Positions 37,582-50,645 are shown, counted from the first letter of the whole stretch. The stretch is DNA of 63,599 nucleotides, filler included, from Globobulimina sp. (GCA_003354225.1; 39 parts of 39 records of this genome joined end to end with filler, not necessarily neighbours in it); one strand, 5' to 3'. Translations and numbers: made by a program. The notes: a model not told the origin generated them from the letters alone.

Positions 37582-38004
37582 GGAGCTATGGTGAGAATGT
37601 TCAAAAAAGGGAAGCCATATAATGGGATGAGTGGATCCGTTTTATTCTCAAAAAACGGAGAAATGCATGGAATATTAGTGGGGCCGAATGAGAGACGCAT
37701 GGTATATCATAGATATAATGAGGCGTGGATTAATGGTAAATTTGTGGGTTTATTTGATTGTTTTTCAAATGTAAAGCAAAAAACGTTCAGAAAATTAGAT
37801 GCTGAGTCATTGGAATTATTTGAGAAAGTAATGACAAAATACGGACTTCAAACAGAAACAGTAAATATTGTTAATATTCAAAAAAAATGGAAAGAAAACC
37901 CATTATCTGACAATACTGTACAAACATTTTCTGCTCCGTCTTCGCCGTATGAAGACCTGTCAGATCCAACCTGGCAACATTGCTCAGCAGTGCAATATCA
38001 TTAA
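37582..38004 (+). CDS. Trypsin-like serine protease C-terminal part
   Basis: GMSGSVLFSKNGEMHGIL nucleophile motif. Confidence 0.55.
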   Translation, partial: GAMVRMFKKGKPYNGMSGSVLFSKNGEMHGILVGPNERRMVYHRYNEAWINGKFVGLFDCFSNVKQKTFRKLDAESLELFEKVMTKYGLQTETVNIVNIQKKWKENPLSDNTVQTFSAPSSPYEDLSDPTWQHCSAVQYH

Positions 38005-38643
38005 ATAAAAATATTTTTTAATATAAAATGTTATATATTACCTATTATTTTGCTGTATAGCTTTTAGTAATTAACGCACTTTTCCCTGATCGATATTCAT
38101 TTAGAAAAAGTTTTCAGAATACTAGTTTTTATCTGAAAAGATTTAAAAACAAAAACTTTTCATCAATCACGGCATAGACAATACCACCTCCCACTTAACA
38201 CTACGTCATTTACGAAAGCGTACCAAACACGAACGCGTTAATAAATAAATCGTTTAAGAAATAAATCTTTAGAATGTCAACAGTTAATAATTTAATTTAA
38301 TTCCTATATATATCACGACGCGACTCGACGTCGACACGTATGTTCCAGCGAAAATAAGAATTTATATTATAGAATAATAGAAAGCGTGGCTGGTGTTTGC
38401 ATTCTTCGCGGTGGAAAACAGAAACAATCTCTATAGGAGTTCTATTTTCGTTGGAACCATACTTTATAATTAAAACTATACTTATTTTAACTATTCCAAT
38501 ATACAGGAAAGCAAAGAGAATGTAGCTGATAGTATGATATTATAGTTTTTTTCGGGAAATTTCAGATTCTAAAAATCTATATTTAATATATACAGCAAGC
38601 CGTGCCCGAAAAGCCAAAATCGACGATTCGCTTCACAGTAACA

Positions 38644-39112
38644 ATGAACCATCCTGCCAGGAAAAGACGGTCCCAATTATTAGTAAGTGGATACGTGGCG
38701 ACAGTGTTAAATCCCAACGCTGTATGCTTTTATCCGGCAGCAAAAGTTTCTAAAAATAGTGGCTTGATAAACTGGATTCAATTATATAATATCACCATTT
38801 CCATCATGATGCTGATCATACGTGTTGGCATCACATTATTCCACTTGTTGACATCACATTATTCGTGTTATGTGGCAAACCAAATTGTTATATTTATAAA
38901 TATAATGTTGATAGAAATGAATGGATTCAATGGATTAAAACACAAACAGAATGGGCACATTCTATATATTTGTCATTTGGATTCGATCAAAGCAACCAAA
39001 AATTATATGTCCTATCTGATCAAACTATGTTTAAAATTGATATAAAGAGCAACAAAGTATTAACTGTTAAAGATATTGATGTTGAGCCACATCATTCCGC
39101 TTTGTTTATTAA
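38644..39112 (+). pseudogene. Degenerate kelch-like propeller gene with RSQLLVSGYV N-terminus
   Basis: MNHPARKRRSQLLVSGYV in one frame; IYKYNVDRNEWIQW...FDQSNQKLYV in another; shift near 38785. Confidence 0.55.
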
Positions 39113-39212
39113 NNNNNNNNNNNNNNNNNNNNNNNNNNNNNNNNNNNNNNNNNNNNTTAATTAATTAANNNNNNNNNNNNNNNNNNNNNNNNNNNNNNNN
39201 NNNNNNNNNNNN

Positions 39213-40525
39213 GTTTTTAATTGCTTCTCGTTTTCTTGATAGCAACTGATGGAATATTCCAATATCATTTTGGCGAACTCCCACGGAAAGATAACGCAAC
39301 ACAGCCGGCGGAAAGTTTTACTGTGACTCCATTCCAGCCATAGCCGCTTATGCGACTGCAACAGCACCATAAAGTTTGCCGATTCAATCAATGACAATGT
39401 GTCGGAGGCAGAGTCAATGTCGTTTTTTAAGCACAGCAACACCACTTTGGCCAAATAGTGCGTCGCTTTGATGATATTCGCATTTGTCGGGGTGATGCTC
39501 GACGGACAGATGGCGAGATATGGATCGTATTCGTCGCCGCATTTATTAAAGTTGTGATTGTAAAACGGATTGGTATTGTTCTCGATGCATTGGTCCAGCC
39601 ACAACACCGCAGTCTTTAAATTGAATTTGGTGTTCAACATAAACGGATGCAGGAAGATGGTGGAAAAGCTGTCACATTCATAGATCTTGAAATGTTCCAT
39701 CATGCAGTTCCAGGTAAAGGCATTCAGCTCGTCGTCAATCCTCGATTTGTGCTCCAAAAACAAGCGATAAAACAGCGTCAAGCCGTCGATGGGCTGTCTT
39801 TTTTTGAGCAAACTCAGCGACTGTTTGTTCCGATGAATGTGCTGGAAAAATAACTGTCGAATTTGGATAAACTGGCGGTTGGATAAAATGTAATGTTGAG
39901 CTGCAATGTCGTACTTATTCTCCATCACATACACGTCCGCCAACAATCCGTGACATTGCTTTTTTAGTTGTTTCAGCATCTGCCATTCCGACAGAATCAC
40001 CGACTTTGTGGGCACCACATTGCTGGCATTGGATAACGAGGAGCTGTTTCCCACCGCCATGGCGTTGACCGGATTGGTGACACTCATCCAGTTCCACGCA
40101 GACGATATGAAATTACTCAGCGATTTCTTAAACACTTCGCCTTCCTTTTTCTCCTCTTTTTTCTTCATTTTCCTCTGCCGTTTTGGCTGCTTTTTCTGAT
40201 ATTTGTTCTTATTTCTTTTGATCGCTTTGTACAATGGAAACAAATACGATTTGCGGATTTTAATTAGTTCCAAAGCAATGATCAATAAATGCCGCGAACG
40301 TTGGAATACTTTCTGGATCATCGCTTCGTGCGATTTTGTAATGAGTGACAACACCATTTCGGAGGTCGGCGTCCATTCGAATAATAATATATTTTTAGGG
40401 GAATTTTCTTCAAAAATAGTCAACGGCCTTTTTTCGGGGTCATTGGGTGACTGAATCCGGAGTCGCAAATCAAACGGATATAATCTGATTCTTTTGCCAT
40501 CCGCGTTTACAGAGAACCGATCCAT
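39213..40525 (-). CDS. Large helical hypothetical protein fragment
   Basis: About 437 open codons. The same frame continues upstream to the contig end with four stops. Confidence 0.7.
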
Positions 40526-40845
40526 TTGTTATGACCTTGCAATATTTTCAAGCCTCGCATCCGTATCAATTAGCAAAGGATGGCTCCGATCCACAATTTC
40601 GTTTTATAACTGTTTATTGTGTACATGTTGGATTTTTATTAAATCATATTTTCGAAACGAGAGGGCGTCACCGCCATCATGGCGGTTTTCTCAATTTTAT
40701 ACACAAAATAACCGCTCAGTATTATAAATTAGTACAATATTATTANNNNNNNNNNNNNNNNNNNNNNNNNNNNNNNNNNNNNNNNNNNNTTAATTAATTA
40801 ANNNNNNNNNNNNNNNNNNNNNNNNNNNNNNNNNNNNNNNNNNNN

Positions 40846-41916
40846 GGATGGAAACACATGAATGTAAACACTAAGAAACAGAAACAAATCGTTGAAAACC
40901 ACCAAAAATATACGGAAAATTGGCGAGCACCAAAAACAAATTTAAGTGAAACCAATTACAAAGAAAACTACATTTTTTACAATCAATTTGCAAATAATTT
41001 AACTGATTTACAAAAATATATTGAACATTTATTGTACTTTAAATTGAATCATTCCAATAAAGAGTTGATATTAAAAAAAATGAGAAAGTTTGCCTGGAAC
41101 GAACCAGATACGAAACAGTTTATAATTGAGAAATTATTCAATATTCCAATGGTTGCTTTTAATAAAATAGATTGTATCGCGGCGATAATTGCTGGTTTGA
41201 ACAGTTATCATTCCATCACCACAATAATTGTGGACAATGTTTGTGAAGAAATTCGAATTGGTTTGGAAGAGGAAGATTTTACACAACAACAACGCAGGTT
41301 GGCATATGTCAAGTTTTTAGCTGAATTGTATGTATATAAAGTTGTAACGGCACAAGTTATTTTGGACACATTGCATTTATTTATTATGTTTGAATGTACT
41401 GCGCCTGATATTGATGAGGACATTTGTAATTTTAGGATAATTTTATGTTGCATGTTATTAAAAGTATGCGGGAGATATTTACAGACAAATAAATTGAAGT
41501 TAAGATGTGATAGCTTTTTATTTGACTTTGAACGATTTATTCTTGCGAGAATAGCGACCATTCCATGTGAAGTGGAGTGGTGGATTTATGATGTATTGCG
41601 ATACATTGCTCCCGGTATTATGAGGAGATACGGCGAATCATCGGGTATGACTATGATACATCTGATATATTTAAACAGTTTTATATATTAATAAAATATC
41701 AAAGATGCATTGTTGGTATCGCATGATAAAGTATTTATGGATGAATATGATGAAATGGTGAAAGAGTGTAGAAATGTTTCACAGTTTAAGCATGAAAGTA
41801 CTTTTAAATTGTTACCAAAAAAAGATGCTAATTCAGGATTACTAAAAATACCAAAATGTATAATGACATCAATCAAATCAAAACAAGAAAAGGAGAAAAT
41901 ACACAGATATGTTTAA
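40846..41916 (+). CDS. UPF2-like protein (third MIF4G domain), one intron
   Basis: LQKYIEHLL, KKMRKFAW, VDNVCEEIRIGLE, QRRLAYVKFLAELYVYKVV, FRIILCCMLLKVCGRY; intron 41645-41704. Confidence 0.8.
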
Positions 41917-42478
41917 TATTGAATGAGATGAAGTCTTTTTTGTACAGTACAGCTCGCGCAGTCAAAAGTTGAAATCCTATCACCAAATACAGCTCATTTA
42001 AGGGTGACTACTGACTAGTAACCACCCCATGTTGTTATCTTACTCACACGTAGTAGTTTTAACAGCCGCGCAAGATTTTGAATTTAATTAGCTCCCAAAT
42101 GACTTTTTGCTTCCTGCAAAATGGTCGATGGAAACGTACAGTTTTCTGCAGTTTTCCAAAAGCTTTACTGAATATTCACCAGCATAAATCTAAATGCACG
42201 GCTCACTAATTACATTCAATTGTGGGGATTAGTGATAATAACGAATGCATATGGTTGCAATTAATGAATGAATGATCGATAACTATGTTACACAGAGTAA
42301 CGATGATGAATTTGAATATTTTATTTCTTGTGGATTAAGATAATGGAGTGGATGGCTGATATTTAACATTACAAGTACNNNNNNNNNNNNNNNNNNNNNN
42401 NNNNNNNNNNNNNNNNNNNNNNTTAATTAATTAANNNNNNNNNNNNNNNNNNNNNNNNNNNNNNNNNNNNNNNNNNNN

Positions 42479-43666
42479 AATATCAAAATTAGAATGGATT
42501 TTAAAATTTTCCAAAAAAAACAAGGATCGAGCACTTGTATTTGAAAAGTCGCAACCACTCACCACTGCATTTTCATACATCGTAGCATGGATAAAATTAG
42601 ATTCTAAAATCAAATTAATCTGAGAAACAACATTTTGCTGAAAAGTAATTTGCAATCCAGAACGTATAAAATTGCTCTGCTGATTTACAATATTTATTAT
42701 TGAAAATGTGCAATCCTTAAAAAATGATTGTAAGTCCGCAGAAATTATATCGAGCTGTTGATTGTTGTCGATATTGAATGTATTATTAATGAACGAACAG
42801 TTATAACATTCCAAATGAGAATACGCTTTAATTACGCCTTGATTTTCAAAAACATAATTATCAATGATCAAATTTTCAAATCTAATATGTTCAGAGTGTT
42901 CAAACAAATATGTATTTTGCGTAGTACATATTTGCGGATACCACTGTTCCATCGATTTGACATTAAGAGGATCAAAATAAACATAAAAAATATACTCGAT
43001 TTGGGGAACAGGAAGACAGAAACTATCAACTTGGTTTTTTTTATATATTAATAATTGTGTTTCATTCTGACCATCAATGACATGCAACTGCCTATAATCC
43101 TCAACAATTAATGTTGACGCATAGTACAATGAAGCACAGGATGTATTTGCAGAAAACCCACAATTTGCGTCATCTCTGCCCTTTGTTGATATGTATAATG
43201 GTGCCACAGTGCCACACTTTAATAATACACTATAATCACCAACGTGATCTTGGAAACCACCAACACCTAAATAGTAATATCCAGCATCTAATAAGTTATC
43301 TAAATGCCATAACCATACTTCATTTGGATAGTATATTCTAGTGTTACATTCGTCGCATATCCCTTTGCGTTGCCATCCTTGTGGCTCTGTTTTATTACTT
43401 GTATTGTAATAATGGTATAACCATAGTTTGGTATTGTATTTGGAGGAAATCGTGTTAATTTCAACCGTATCGACTGTTTCTTCTAAGTAAAATGACCAAA
43501 ATACTATAGGCTCCGCTTCAGTGGTTGTGCCATTTACGCGTGTATTACAGGCTAGGCTTCCTCCAATAGGTGAATACGTTGCTGATGGCAATAGTCTTCG
43601 TGGACTTATTTTAGCAACACCTATACAAACGAAATATACACACAACAGTCCAATGCAAAAAAGCAT
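42479..43666 (-). CDS. Secreted protein with PPC-like domain and beta-helix-like region (3' partial)
   Basis: Signal peptide; YNTKLWLY...LDAGYYYLGVGG..GDYSV; LYISTKGRDDANCG...CASL; NCSFINN/DCTFS repeats. Confidence 0.65.
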
Positions 43667-43710
43667 TGTTTTGCAAGTTGTTAGTTAAAGTTTTTTTGTA
43701 GTGTTCAGTA

Positions 43711-44011
43711 ATGACGACTCAACGCGTTAGTATTAAAAAAGAAGGCAATTTAGAAAAGAAGAGCAGATGGTTAGGATTGTGGAGGAAGAGATGGACTGTT
43801 TTAACAAATTACCACGTCTCGACATTCAAGAAAATGAAAGACTATCGATCGCCAACAGAGCATATACGAATCGACGACAATACAGATATTGCGATATTTA
43901 TTGATAAAAACGACAAAGACGGAGTGCTGTTTTTTATCCAAAATTTAGCAGAGAAAGAAAGGTTTTTATTTAAGGCACCTTCCAAAGAAGACAGAGATGA
44001 ATGGATGAAAT
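43711..44011 (+). CDS. PH-domain protein (3' partial)
   Basis: KEGNLEKKS..LWRKRWTVL...FLFKAPSKEDRDEWM. Confidence 0.9.
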
Positions 44012-45235
44012 NNNNNNNNNNNNNNNNNNNNNNNNNNNNNNNNNNNNNNNNNNNNTTAATTAATTAANNNNNNNNNNNNNNNNNNNNNNNNNNNNNNNNN
44101 NNNNNNNNNNNTACAAACTTAGAAACAATCTTATTTTATACAACTGATTGGATTGGTTATACAACATTTCCATTTTTATTATCATCATTTTTTCGTTTAT
44201 TTTGGGGAGATATTTTGTTTAAACATAAATCATTGAAAAGTATACAAATAAAAGCAACACATAAATATAATTGGAAAGGAGAGTGTATTGATCGTAGTTG
44301 GATTTATAATGAATATATTTTAATGAATAAAGAGTTAAATCAATTAAATCAAACACAATTTAAAATATCATTAAATGTCACAAAAAATTCATATGATTGT
44401 AAAGAAGATACCCTATGTATTGACAGATTGTAATCTTAATTGCTGTTCTGATTTGTTTTAACATTGGATTTTTTTATTGAGGTTATTTTTTTTTTAATTT
44501 TTAATTTTTGCTGGTAAGTTTCTGTGATATTCACGTGCAATCAGTTGAATTCTATCACGTTTAGATTCATCTCGTCGACATTTTTCTGTTGAATTGACAA
44601 CATTTTGCATAAATTTTTAGTGATCGGATCTCAAATATCGGAGTTATTTTGGTGTTGGGCACAATTATAATTATCTTTCATTCTTTTAAAGTGTTTAATA
44701 AAAATATATAATGTACGTCAGCCAAGGGCCGCCTTTGCATTCTTTACGTGGGCAGTTCCATTCATATTTAATTTTATTTGCTAAATTTCCGTTTGCGTCC
44801 ATATTGCACGAAATGCACGTTACGTTGCAATATTTTACTTGATTTTTATTATAATTAGTTTGGATATAATTTGTGCAGTTTGTATTATAACATTTAACCG
44901 CAACTTTCTGTTTCGGAGTTTCTGGATTTTCAGACTCAAAGTTTTTATTTACTATTATTTTCTCAGTGATTTTATGGCAGCAAATCTAGCAAATTAAATC
45001 ACCGGTATTCGGAGGAATTTGTCCATTTTCAGTTAAGAAAGATAGCAAAAACCTACGTTCGCATACTTTGCATTTATATTTATTTGATAGATTGCCATGA
45101 TTACATTTATTATTATTCTGGACTCAACCACTTTGGACTCAAAATCACGACATCCGTTTGCAAACCACTAAAATTATTATTACATAAATAAAACAAAACA
45201 AAACACAATTATTATCAATACGCAAACATGAACAA

Positions 45236-45644
45236 TTATATTCTGGGTAAAGCTGCTTGATTGAGTAAAGCACCATATTCAGGTTGATTTGTTGCAAATA
45301 CATTATGATCCTCTGCCCACAGCACAAATACCACTTTGACATACGCCGAGATCACGGACACCAAAATACTATAAATAAGCGCCCCCAGCGTTGCTGCGAT
45401 GATAACAGAATATGCACCAACAACATTCACAAATAACAAGGATATAATAACAGTCAACACCCATAGCAGTAATGCACCGACGATAGCGGGAGCAGATAAT
45501 ACCAAATCATTTACCATCGGCACTGTTAAAACAAAATTAAACACAACTATGATATGGGAAAAATAAAGAAAGAGAGTACATACACAGCCCTGTTCTGAGA
45601 AACATGTCCCAGACAGCTTTGGCAGATTGCAAATAAGGTTGATG
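45236..45644 (-). CDS. Choline transporter-like (CTL/SLC44/PNS1) C-terminus, one intron
   Basis: PYLQSAKAVWDMF..TGL | intron | PMVNDL...SVISAYVKVVFVLWAED. Confidence 0.75.
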
Positions 45645-46011
45645 NNNNNNNNNNNNNNNNNNNNNNNNNNNNNNNNNNNNNNNNNNNNTTAATTAATTAA
45701 NNNNNNNNNNNNNNNNNNNNNNNNNNNNNNNNNNNNNNNNNNNNCTTTTCTCATTTCTCTTCTTTCTTCATTCAACTCAGCATCGATACCATTGCTTTGC
45801 AATTGGTTGCTGCCGTTATCTTTCTTATCATCACATGCTGCACTTGCCATTAAAAAATGCGTAGTTTTGAAAAAAAGAAATAACATCAAAGTAGAAATTA
45901 CAAACATAAAAATTACAAACAAACATAAAAATTGCCAATCCAACACATAAAGAATACATTTTTAGTAAAATAATATCAATAAAACAAGGATATAAATCTG
46001 TGCAGTTGTGA

Positions 46012-47275
46012 TCAATTATCATTCATTTGTGGGTTAAGTGGCATTTCTGTCTTTTCTTCATCATAATCAAATTTCCCACTCTGCATCGCATTATCATCCA
46101 TACTTCCATTGACATTATCATTATCATTCTCATTCTCATCCATATCCATATCCGTATCTATTTCTCCATCATCAACCGTTTTAAATTTATTCTCCTTTTT
46201 TCCCCAGACAAAACACACAGATACAAGGCCAGCCAACGCAAACAGAAAAACAAGCACAACTAAAACAATTACAACGTCTGTCACATCTGATCCTGGGCCT
46301 GGCACTTTGCCCGCTTCCGTTGTGTTAGTAACATTAGGATATGTGACTTCTGTCGTGGACATTGATACAGTTGGCGACATTGATACAGTTGGTGACATTG
46401 ATACAGTTGGTGACATTGTAGGCATTGATGTTGGCAAAGTACTATATGTATACAGCATATAATATTATATTAAGTTTAGAATTACAAAGATCTTTTCTGC
46501 TTAACTCTGTGTATGATTGCCATTCGCCATCCGGTTCTAAGCCATCACCACCAAATGAGTACATTACATCAGCCACCAGAATTGCAGCGGAGTAAACAGT
46601 TTGAAATGCTAATCTAGCACTCGATAGTCGCACTGTATCATCTCTGATATCTATCACATGAATCCAATCATATACATTTCTCGAGGTATCTAATCCGCCA
46701 ATAATTATAATATCGTTGCCAGAAACAAATGATCTCGATCCTCGAACACCAGGTTCGCTGAGTGACCCATTCAAATATTCCCATGTATTATCATGTATAT
46801 TTACAGTGAATAGCCGTTCAATGGATGTAGTCGTTGGCCCTCCAACTGAGTATAAATACTTATTGCTGGGATGGATAATGCACGAATGGGACCTTCGCGC
46901 AGTTTTCATCTGAGGCGCAACCGACCATCCCATAGAGTTTATATTTAAGAAAAATGTACTCTGTAATTCTCCTTCTGAGAGCGTGACGCCTCCATTAATA
47001 TATATGACATCATCCAGCGATGCAATACAAGCTCTGCCCATTGAATCACTCACTGCTACAGTCACCAGTACAAAATCAGCGATAAATACATTGTCCATCA
47101 TGTTATATACGGATAGTTTTATGGCTGCAGGGTCAAAATCATTCAGAATGTATAAATTATATCCCATTTGGGTCCAATATTGTGCTTCACCGAAAACCTC
47201 TGTGGTGTTTGGTATAAATGCTGATTTAAAAAAAGTAAACGAATCACTAATTATCTCATATTTTGTAATTTGTTG
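46012..47275 (-). CDS. Extracellular kelch-repeat single-pass membrane protein (5' partial), one intron
   Basis: IYINGG, ARRSHSC..YLYSVGG, IIIIGG, MYSFGG blades; S/P/T stalk; TM VVIVLVVLVFLFALAGLVSVCFVW. Confidence 0.85.
46358..46418. repeat. 18-bp coding tandem repeat (SPTVSM x3)
   Basis: GACATTGATACAGTTGGY x3 plus a partial copy. Confidence 0.9.
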
Positions 47276-47774
47276 CCNNNNNNNNNNNNNNNNNNNNNNN
47301 NNNNNNNNNNNNNNNNNNNNNTTAATTAATTAANNNNNNNNNNNNNNNNNNNNNNNNNNNNNNNNNNNNNNNNNNNNGAGAGGAGTGGAATGAGTATTAT
47401 TAATTAATCCACGCTCTCAGCAAGCAATTGACTAGGTGCTTTTTGAAGTTTTAAGTATTAGTACTTAGAAAAAAGTTAGTTAGCAGGAGTCAATTGTTTT
47501 TTTCTTGTTGAAAAACACTATTGTTTTAGTCATTTGTCAAATCATCAAAGTATCATAAATGTCAACTAAAAAAGGTTATTACAGTTTTATCTTTTAATTA
47601 TATATTAGTTTGAACTCTTCTCTGTCAGAGGTTTTAGTCTTACTGCTATGAGTGGAGGAACATTCAGCCAGGGTCCAACTGTCCAAGTCTGAACATCCCG
47701 GTGAGAGAAAAGTCTGAAACAGTTTTTATGCCACAGAAAACAAATTAACTGCGACACTAAATCCTCAAAATACC

Positions 47775-48910
47775 ATGCTTTCCAAAGTGAGTGATTACTA
47801 TCAATCTACGCAAAATGCAGTCAATGAGATGACAGCAGAACAAAAAACGAAACTAAAAATAGGTAGAAAATACAAATCTCTATTAATAAACTAAACAAAT
47901 TTGCTCGCAATTTCAATATCATTGTATCAGTTGGTGCAGCATTGGTTTCCTCTTATTTTCTTTATAAAAGTTAAATATATTATTAAGTGATCGCATACTT
48001 ATAATTAATATATTTTGCATTAAAATAAATAGTTCATTCAATTGGTTGTTGGAAATACAAACAACAAAATCCATCAGTTCCAATCCTATTTTATCAACCT
48101 TTCATGGGAACAATACAATGGGTAAATAACAACAAATCAGATCGCTTTCATCAAAAATGTACCGCAGAATGTTTACGGTTAATTAAGCAAACAGGCGAGA
48201 AATTTCTTATGTTTGGTGGTACGTTTATAATACATTATAATTGAAACGTACATATCTGCTATGTTTAAATTCATATATTATATTTGTATAAGGACCGAAA
48301 ATGCCCGCTTCAACATCTACATATTTTATATTCTGTCCAAAAATAATAAAATTGATTTATGAAGACCAGTTTACTGATTTTATAAAAGGACGGGATGTCA
48401 CGGAAGCAATGGAACCGTTATTTGGTATCACATAAAATTATATTTATACACATACAATTCACATAAAATTATGTTTTTACAGGACACGGTATACTCTTAG
48501 CAAATGGTAAGGAATGGAAGTTTCAACGCAAAGTAAGTACATATATCTAATTCATTTTTTTTTTAGTTTAATTTGTGGCAGGTTGGCTCGCGAATGTTTG
48601 GTTTGAATAATTTGAAAAATTATATGTTTCAATGTTCTGCTGACAACGCAAATGTGTTAGTGGCCAAAATGGAGCAATTATCACTCTCTCCGACTACGCG
48701 CATCATGGATATGTGGGAAATGTTTGGTCGGTTTACATTGCAAAGTTTTATGCAAAGCGCGTTTGGTGAAAAAGCAGATTACATCGAGTTATTACCAAAG
48801 CAACATTCTTTTTGTACTGCGTTTGATTGTTTGGCGACAGAATGTATGGAGAGATATTATGATCCTTTGTGGAAAGTTCGACGATTCTTTAAAATCGGAA
48901 AAAGAGAAAG
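47775..48910 (+). CDS. Cytochrome P450 N-terminal part, CYP86/CYP704-clan-like, five introns
   Basis: Spliced reading gives FTDFIKG..MEPLF|GHGILLANGKEWKFQRK|VGSRMF...DMWEMFGRFTLQSFMQSAFG. Confidence 0.85.
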
Positions 48911-49011
48911 NNNNNNNNNNNNNNNNNNNNNNNNNNNNNNNNNNNNNNNNNNNNTTAATTAATTAANNNNNNNNNNNNNNNNNNNNNNNNNNNNNNNNNN
49001 NNNNNNNNNNT

Positions 49012-50142
49012 GCAATTTCAACAAATCCACTTGGTACTAAATTACAAGTGAACAATGTTGTAAATAAAAGACACAAAAAAAAGCAACAGTTACCAAGCTA
49101 TAACCCATTATTACCAGAATCAGAAAGATTATCAGATGATGACATTGAAATGTCACCAAAACAACAATCAAAACCAACGCGAATTCATCCATTTACATTA
49201 ATAACAAAGACATCACAAACCATTGAACGAAAAAAATCAAAATTTTATAATATATATTGCATGTTATTATTTTCAAATATATTTTTAATTGGTTCATTCT
49301 TATTATTTATCCATAATTATATTATTGATGCAATTGGCATATTATTTATTTTGATTGGGTTTCTATTAAATTTGTATACAATTTGGACATTCTGTGGACA
49401 CCGAATATGTCCAATGTTTTTCAAACATGACAATGAATTGGTGTTTGATGATAATGCTCAGAAGATTTATATCCGTTGGAATGGATTAACTAAACAAAGT
49501 ACAATACGATATCACGAATTTGCTCGTTTATATGATGAAGAAACCACAAATAAAAAATATGCCATTTTATTTATTGCAACAAATGCAAAACATTATAGAT
49601 TTAATAAATATTTATCAGATATTGAACATGCCAAAGAATTTGTATCCGCAGTAAATAAGTGGTGGTTTGTTGATCGGTTAAAAGAAAATAAAGACAGAGC
49701 GAGAGTGTATAAGAATGTTATTATTAATAAAAGTAAAAAAGAGGAGAAAGAAGAAATATATGTATCGAGTGAAGAAGAATTAAATACTTTAATCAAGAAA
49801 TTAAAATATAAATCTTTTGCAGAAAAAGATATTGAAAATGCATGCAAATTGAAAGAATTTTTTCATTCAAAATATAAAAGAAAAATGATTGAAGAATATG
49901 AAAATATTAAAATAGATTTAGAAAATAAAAGGAATGCTAAGGCACAGAAATCAGAGGAAGTAATATTCAAAAACGAAAATAAATATATTGCACAAGCGTT
50001 GCTATTAAAAGTTGAGACTTTGGATGAATTGATGAAGCAAAGAGAAAATAAGAAAAAGGATAAAATTACATTTATTACAGATGATGATAAAAATGAAGAA
50101 GAGGATGAACAACAAGCCAATGCAAACCATATTGCATTTTAA
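49012..50142 (+). CDS. Two-TM membrane protein with charged coiled-coil tail
   Basis: Open frame from the contig start; two adjacent hydrophobic helices. Confidence 0.65.
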   Translation, partial: AISTNPLGTKLQVNNVVNKRHKKKQQLPSYNPLLPESERLSDDDIEMSPKQQSKPTRIHPFTLITKTSQTIERKKSKFYNIYCMLLFSNIFLIGSFLLFIHNYIIDAIGILFILIGFLLNLYTIWTFCGHRICPMFFKHDNELVFDDNAQKIYIRWNGLTKQSTIRYHEFARLYDEETTNKKYAILFIATNAKHYRFNKYLSDIEHAKEFVSAVNKWWFVDRLKENKDRARVYKNVIINKSKKEEKEEIYVSSEEELNTLIKKLKYKSFAEKDIENACKLKEFFHSKYKRKMIEEYENIKIDLENKRNAKAQKSEEVIFKNENKYIAQALLLKVETLDELMKQRENKKKDKITFITDDDKNEEEDEQQANANHIAF

Positions 50143-50319
50143 TATAATTAAAAAGTGTAATTATAATATATTGACTTTTTTCATTTTTTTGGTGTTAGTT
50201 TCTACAATGTCATCGCCAAACAAATCAACTCAATTAAAGGTAATCTTATTTTAGCATTCCACCGTTAATATACAAAGACAACATTGACTTATTTTATCTC
50301 GGTTATTACGAGAGTACAT

Positions 50320-50543
50320 AACTACAGTAACGCCATAGCTATAGCTATAGCTATGACTATTGTCATGACTATAGCTATGACTATTGCTATTTCTAATGAC
50401 ATAGGCTGTGACTATAGCTATTTGATAGACTCAAATGACTATAGCTATGACTATCGCTATGACTATTGTCATTAATCACTGTGATTTGATGTGATATGAC
50501 TATTGCTATGACTATTGTCATGGCCATTGTCATGGCTATTTAC
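50320..50543. repeat. Degenerate hexamer satellite (CTATAG/CTATGA/CTATTG/TCATGA)
   Basis: For example ATAGCTATAGCTATAGCTATGACTATTGTCATGACTATAGCTATGACTATTG; runs to the contig end. Confidence 0.85.
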
Positions 50544-50645
50544 NNNNNNNNNNNNNNNNNNNNNNNNNNNNNNNNNNNNNNNNNNNNTTAATTAATTAAN
50601 NNNNNNNNNNNNNNNNNNNNNNNNNNNNNNNNNNNNNNNNNNNCA

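Noticed and set aside
11948..40699. Alternative genetic code (TAR = Gln or Tyr)
   Set aside because: Many 300-500 codon ORFs have no internal TAR, conserved genes end at TAA, and the internal stops imply different residues (Tyr, Leu, Gln).
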